This document shows positions 58,203 through 64,000 of a stretch of 64,000 bases of DNA, piece by piece. The notes under the pieces were generated by a model. The model was not told the origin of the DNA and ran no database searches. It saw only the letters and a list, made by a program, of their open reading frames with translations. The stretch's first letter is position 1. Every line of letters starts with the position of its first letter. The position numbers and the translations under genes were made by a program. The DNA lies in contig CP142736.1 in assembly GCA_036630325.1 (NCBI GenBank), positions 62,001 through 126,000 of the forward strand, given 5' to 3'. Source of the DNA: Vairimorpha necatrix (taxonomy: Eukaryota).

Positions 58203-58934
58203 ATGGTTAATTTAAAAAATATATTACTGCAATATATTGCTCTAAATTTCAAAAATTTGCCTAAAACACCAGTTTATACACAAAATGATGAGTACATATT
58301 CTTATTTGACATTGATGATACATTATATAAATCTACTCAAGACTTTCACATCGACGAGAGAAATGCGTTAAAAAAATGTTACAATTTCTACAAGAACAGT
58401 ATGCCAAACCATAATGATGTACCAGATTTTGATGACTTCATACAATCGCATGGATCTATAAATGACGCATTTTTTAAGGTATTTAATAAAACACCTCTTG
58501 AAGTAGAAATAGTAAAGAATTTTAACTATGGAGACTATTTGCGAGAAGATAAAGAACTGCAATTATTTTTTAGTAAGTTTCCATATAAATCCTGGTGTTT
58601 TACAAATGGCATCAAAATGAGAGCAGAAATGATTTTAGAAAGTCTAGGACTTACAAAATCTTTTATAGGTGTTTTTTGTAAAGACGATGGATGCGATGGA
58701 GAGTTTATCTTAAGAAAACCGAAGAAAGAAACTTATGAATTTGTTGAGAAATATTTGAATATTAAAAATAAAAGTAAGGTCTATTTTTTCGACGATAATC
58801 AAAAAAATATTACTATAGGTGAAGAAATGGGTTGGAATTGCATTTTAATAGACAACCCCGATAATATTCTTGACATACTCAAAAGAATCAAAGACCAACT
58901 TCAAGAAGAAGAAGAACGAAGACTTTTATATTAA
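58203..58934 (+). CDS. HAD-family pyrimidine 5'-nucleotidase (SDT1/PHM8-like)
   Basis: FLFDIDDTLY, WCFTNG, RKP and FFDDN motifs. Confidence 0.88.
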   Translation: MVNLKNILLQYIALNFKNLPKTPVYTQNDEYIFLFDIDDTLYKSTQDFHIDERNALKKCYNFYKNSMPNHNDVPDFDDFIQSHGSINDAFFKVFNKTPLEVEIVKNFNYGDYLREDKELQLFFSKFPYKSWCFTNGIKMRAEMILESLGLTKSFIGVFCKDDGCDGEFILRKPKKETYEFVEKYLNIKNKSKVYFFDDNQKNITIGEEMGWNCILIDNPDNILDILKRIKDQLQEEEERRLLY

Positions 58935-61113
58935 AGTATTGTCTATCAAACTTAAATTTTAGTTTGTTAAACATAAAATTGACTAAGATATGCATATTAT
59001 TTTATACTTTTTATCCTTTTCCCAAAATCATTTGTAAAGTTAAAAAATTCATTGTAATTTCAATATTTCCAAAAAATTTATCAATTTATTGTAATAGATA
59101 ATCCATCTAATATTAATTTTTTAAAAATTAAAAAATCGCCACATATTTACAGATAACTTTTTGAAGAATATTTACGTAACATTTATTTTTTACGATTTAT
59201 GAAATGTACTATAAGGCTATTTATAAAACAACACTTGTCAAATTTATATTTACTTTAAGGTAAAAATTTTGATTCTTTCAGTATTTCTTATTACATAATG
59301 AGAAAGAATGTGGTTCTTTGAAGGTATTTTCTTCCAGGGCACCTGTTGACATTGTTTGTCCTCGCAGTCGTTCAGTAAAATGCTATCATTTTTCATCGAT
59401 TATGTATACGTCAGAATTCAGGCTTAACTTCAAGTTCATGTATGTACATACATGCTAATCGGGATTGACACATCCCAGATAAACATGTATGGCTTTAATT
59501 ATGTTTCACATTCAAAAATTATCGCAGTATAATATATTTTAAATACTTCTAGGTTATAACTGGCATTAGGTATATGGAAAATAAAACTGATATCAATAAT
59601 CTATATTTCCTTTCGGTTTCGAGGGGATTGAAATGTAGCTAGAAAAAAAAAAGAATAGAACGAAAATAATCTTCAATTATATTTATGAAATTATATTAAC
59701 TTGAGCAATAGACACTTATTTAAATCATACAACGCCATTTTATAAAATTTTAACTCATCTAATAGAAATTCACATTTTATATTATTTTTTTATAAAAGCC
59801 CCATCTTTCTCTAATATAACATAATTTACTATTTTAAAACATCCGAACAAAGAATTATCGTCCGTTTATATTTTTACCTGTACGGAGATTCAATTATATT
59901 GTCGAGATTTTACATATAAACTTAATATTACTCGTGGTTTATTAAGCAACAAGTTTTTAAAGATAGAGTTGTTTCTGACTAGTCTAAATTATATTTAAGT
60001 AAGGCTGTCTTTTTGCGACTCTTATATGGGTCTTAAAATGATTTCTTATTGGTCGAAAACTTCATTAAGTTTAACAATCTTTATGTTAACTTACAATTGT
60101 TAGGCAGTTTATAAGCGTTGTTCGAAACATTTTTTACTCCCGATGTAAATTTTTTTTTGGATTATTTAAATTCTTGCATTAAAATTAGAATGCTTCCCCA
60201 TACTATCAGTATTACTGTAATTTAACAGCGACTTTAAGCATCAAAAAAAAACTATTGCATTGCTGCACTATCAAATTAATAAAATTTTGCAATGTTTTTA
60301 TTTCTTATATGTTTAAAATATAATTGAACAGTTTTTATTGTTCTTCTGGATTTATATTATACCAGAAACATAGTGTATAAAATTAGAAATATCCAAATAT
60401 TAAATAAAACAATATCACAGTTTTTTCAGCAACTTCTTATTTAAATAAATTCACCCCGTAGAAATTTTTCTATTTTACAACATTTGTAATCAAAGTCATA
60501 GTTATGAGATTTTTGACACCAAACAAAAAATATCTAAATAATGACAGTTTTTTGTTTTTAAACTTCATATCAAAACATATAATTGTAATTTGGGGCATCT
60601 TTACAGAAAAATAATAGTAATATTTCTGTTTAAAACACGTATCTAAAGAGATCATATCAGAATTTAGTAAAGATTGCTAGATCATTTTATATCTATTTTT
60701 AAGTAAAAAATTATTGGAAATATCCATAAACAGCAATAATATACAAATACCTTATCGTTATCAAACAATGATAACTTGTTTATTCAAATATCGCGAATAA
60801 TTTCTGGTTCATTTATTAACTAATAAAATAACGCCAAATTTTAATTTAAAAAATAAATTAACAAAATCTCTGAAGTGTATATCTTGGGGCATTTAATATT
60901 CCAAAGAATATATCCAATTTACATTTTTTATTATTTCTTATTCAGAATTTCATATTTATAAGATACATCTTACCTTTTGACACGTATATAATTAAGAAAT
61001 AAGAAATATGATCTTATCATCTGTTCTAACGCTAAAAAATATCCATATTTTTTGACATCTACCTTGAAAAAAAATTAATATTCTAAATAGGTTTGATATT
61101 GAACCCTTTATAA

Positions 61114-61818
61114 ATGTCCACTAATCTAATAAATAACTTCATATCTATGAACACTGAAAATTTGGAAAAACATAGTATTAACCCAGTTAATGATGACTAT
61201 ATATTTTTATTTGATATAGATGATACACTTTACAAAAGATCTGAAAAAATGAAAATGGTTGAAAAACAAAAATTTAAAGAGGCATATAATCATTTTAAAC
61301 TACAAAAACCAGATGTTCCAGAATGGGAAAAGTTTTTAGACGAAAAAATCTTATACGCAGAATCATTTAGAATTCATTTCAATAAAACATGTCTAGAAGT
61401 AGAAAAAATAAGAGCATGTGATTATAAAAAATTTATAACTGAAGACAAAGAATTAAAAAATTATTTAAAAAATTTTCAATACAGATCATGGTGTTTTACA
61501 AATGGATTACGCTGTAGAGCTGAACCAATTCTAGAAGGATTGAATCTTTCTGATGTTTTTGAAGGTGTAATTTGTATGGATGACAATTTCTCTAGTGGAT
61601 CTGTTCGAGGTAAACCGCAAGAGGAAATGTATAAATTTGTAGAAGATTTATTAAAAATAAAAAATAAAAATAAAGTCTTTTTTTTCGACGACTCGTTAGA
61701 TAATATTGAGACTGGTCGTAAAATGGGATGGAATTGTTATTTGATTGATAAAGAAGATAATCTATTGGATAAACTGAAAATAATAGTATCAGAGATACAA
61801 AGTGATATGGAGAGATGA
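61114..61818 (+). CDS. HAD-family pyrimidine 5'-nucleotidase (SDT1/PHM8-like), paralog
   Basis: FLFDIDDTLY, WCFTNG, GKP and FFDDS motifs. Confidence 0.88.
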   Translation: MSTNLINNFISMNTENLEKHSINPVNDDYIFLFDIDDTLYKRSEKMKMVEKQKFKEAYNHFKLQKPDVPEWEKFLDEKILYAESFRIHFNKTCLEVEKIRACDYKKFITEDKELKNYLKNFQYRSWCFTNGLRCRAEPILEGLNLSDVFEGVICMDDNFSSGSVRGKPQEEMYKFVEDLLKIKNKNKVFFFDDSLDNIETGRKMGWNCYLIDKEDNLLDKLKIIVSEIQSDMER

Positions 61819-63204
61819 TTACTTAAATTAAATTTATAAATTACAAATTTTTTTTTATCTAATACAAGATTTTAATTGAATTTAGTGTGTTTTGGATTTG
61901 TGATCCCTTATTGGGAAATTTCATACTCCAGATATGAATCAACACAAGTAAATAGTATCAAGAGTTCTGAACACAATTAAACTAAATTAATCATGGTTAG
62001 TACTTTTTAGAATGGGATAAATTTAAAAAATTCTTCTGTTGTTGATGTGTCCAAGAATTAACGACATATATTCGGTTCATATATCCTTTATTTTCCTATA
62101 TGACGTAACACGATAAAGCTCTTAAGTTCGTTAAGATTTTTGGTTTAATTTGCATCTTTTTACCATAGAGAACGATTCTGATAGAAAAAAAAATTACAAC
62201 CTCATATTTTCAACGCAATAATGACAAACGAAATTTCAATGTGTGATTAATCCCATTATAAATATAGGTTGTTATACTAAAATCATTTGATTAGTATTTT
62301 GTATCATTTAAAAAAAAATCGTATTTATATGAATACACATGTTTTATATATAAAATTAAAAAAAATAATGGGAAAAAAATAAAATAGAACATTAAGGATG
62401 TCGTTAAAAAATAAAAATATTTTTCTCAATACATAATTTGTAATTTTAATATTCTTCAATTGTTCGTTCTTATGTATGATGTAATTTGATTTATGTATTA
62501 GATAAAAGATTAATATGATCAAAGAAATTTTAAATTAATATATCCCCGATAGAGAACTACGATTTTATAGCAAATTTTAGAGTTTCTAGTTCTAACGAAA
62601 TAATGAAAACTTTGTCTTTGGAATGGGATAATAACTATCATGTATAGATATGCTATATATTTGTCATGGATAAAAAAAAATAATTTATCTATCGATCGTG
62701 GTGATACGTCGATAGTATGCTTCCACACGACTTCAAATTTTATAAAAAAGTAATTAATTTAACTGAGAAACAAAGGGTAATTACCATTAGGCACTTTTAC
62801 ATTGATTTTGTTCTTCATTTTAACTTTAAAACAAATAACCAGGACAAAAGATCTAGCTACTTAATGGAATGAATGTACCTCGTGAGTTAATAGGATAGAG
62901 ACTTAAAATAATTTTTCAAAGATAGACGCCAATTAAAATACGTATAAAAAATTACTCCACGCCTGTACATAGTACTAGTAAATTTCTTCATGTGGAGAAT
63001 AATTGTACACGTGATTAATATTTTTTATAATCGGACCGATTCCTTCAAATTCTCTTGTTTAAATTCTTGATCGAAAACAGTGTTTTTGATAAAAAAATTT
63101 AATGAAAGGAACATCGTATTAGTAATATGTTTGCAGTCTCCTATTAAATTCTGCATTATAATTTGTGTTATTAACTTCTATAGCTTAATAAAAAATATTG
63201 TAGA

Positions 63205-63489
63205 ATAAATGAATTTAATTAGGGTATGCTTATTGTAGTTTATATTTATAGTTTAACAAGGATAGGTTCCGCGTTGGCGTCTCCTGCTTGTAGAAGGCTT
63301 CTCGTCTCCATAGTTCTTTCCACATCAGCTTCGTCTCCTCTCCTTCGGTAGTCCAGAGAAATGCTTTCTAGCGTCTTCTTTAGCGTGATCATCTGGATGT
63401 ACGCTTCTACCTTCTTAGGGATTTCAAGTCTTGTGGTATAAGATTTGTGAAACTTAGTCACTATACCGTCCCAAGTGATTACGTAGGGA
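63205..63489 (-). mobile_element. Severely 5'-truncated RLE non-LTR insertion (second subfamily) with 15-bp TSD
   Basis: PYVITWDGIVTKFH...KKTLESISL peptide; TSD AAAAAATATTGTAGA at 63190-63204 and 63490-63504. Confidence 0.88.
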
Positions 63490-64000
63490 AAAAAATATTG
63501 TAGATACATTGATTTTGAGCAGTATAAATATAAAGATATCTTAATGTTTATTTATGGACTAAAATGCAGATGCCATTAAATATACTTATAATAAACATTT
63601 TTTACAAGTTTTTAATACGCATAAGTCTAAATACCAATAAAAACAAAAAAGCCAAATAATAAAATGTCTTCTAGTGTTTGATTTAATATAGTTGCAGGGA
63701 TTAGTCACTAAAAAAATAATAGCATATTTCTGTAACTAAAAAACTTTTTAGCAATATCATAAAACAAGACCATACAACTTTTGAGGACAGAAATAAACTT
63801 GTTATGTTTATATTCTTGGGTTCGGCTCTAAATTTAGAAGATAATTTTTTAATCTTAGTTAATAATTTTGTGAAAAAGTTAAGAAATGATGTTGAAACAA
63901 TGTTATTATAAAGGATTGTATAAAACCTCTTTTTTTTAAATTTTATATTCAAGCCTTATCATTTTATAATCAATTGTATATTTTGGCGTAATCAATTCAT

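Overview
This is AT-rich, gene-sparse, intron-free eukaryotic DNA. Nearly every real gene has a CCC/CCCC motif a few bases before its ATG, which points to a microsporidian (Nosema/Vairimorpha-like); the taxon is an inference. Housekeeping genes are few: an Hsp110/Sse-like Hsp70, an Nsp1/Nup62-like nucleoporin, a PQ-loop protein, a MOZART1/Mzt1-like microprotein missed by the ORF track, two SDT1-like HAD nucleotidases and a stand-alone HECT E3 ligase. Lineage-specific secreted or membrane families include a four-member family with two disrupted copies. Mobile DNA is dense: a tRNA-headed SINE with poly(A) and a 13-bp TSD, a young LTR element encoding Gag-protease-integrase but no RT/RNase H, two TRIMs, four RLE-type non-LTR fragments, and Merlin-type transposons/MITEs, some nested or stacked. 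The standout is a cluster of three paralogous membrane-anchored proteins (42997-50302). They carry polyproline, WH2/central-like helices and WAVE/WASH-like acidic tails (AVEYSSSE...DEEWEP, RR...EYSDTDE, DGEWES), and are candidate parasite-surface mimics of host Arp2/3 activators.
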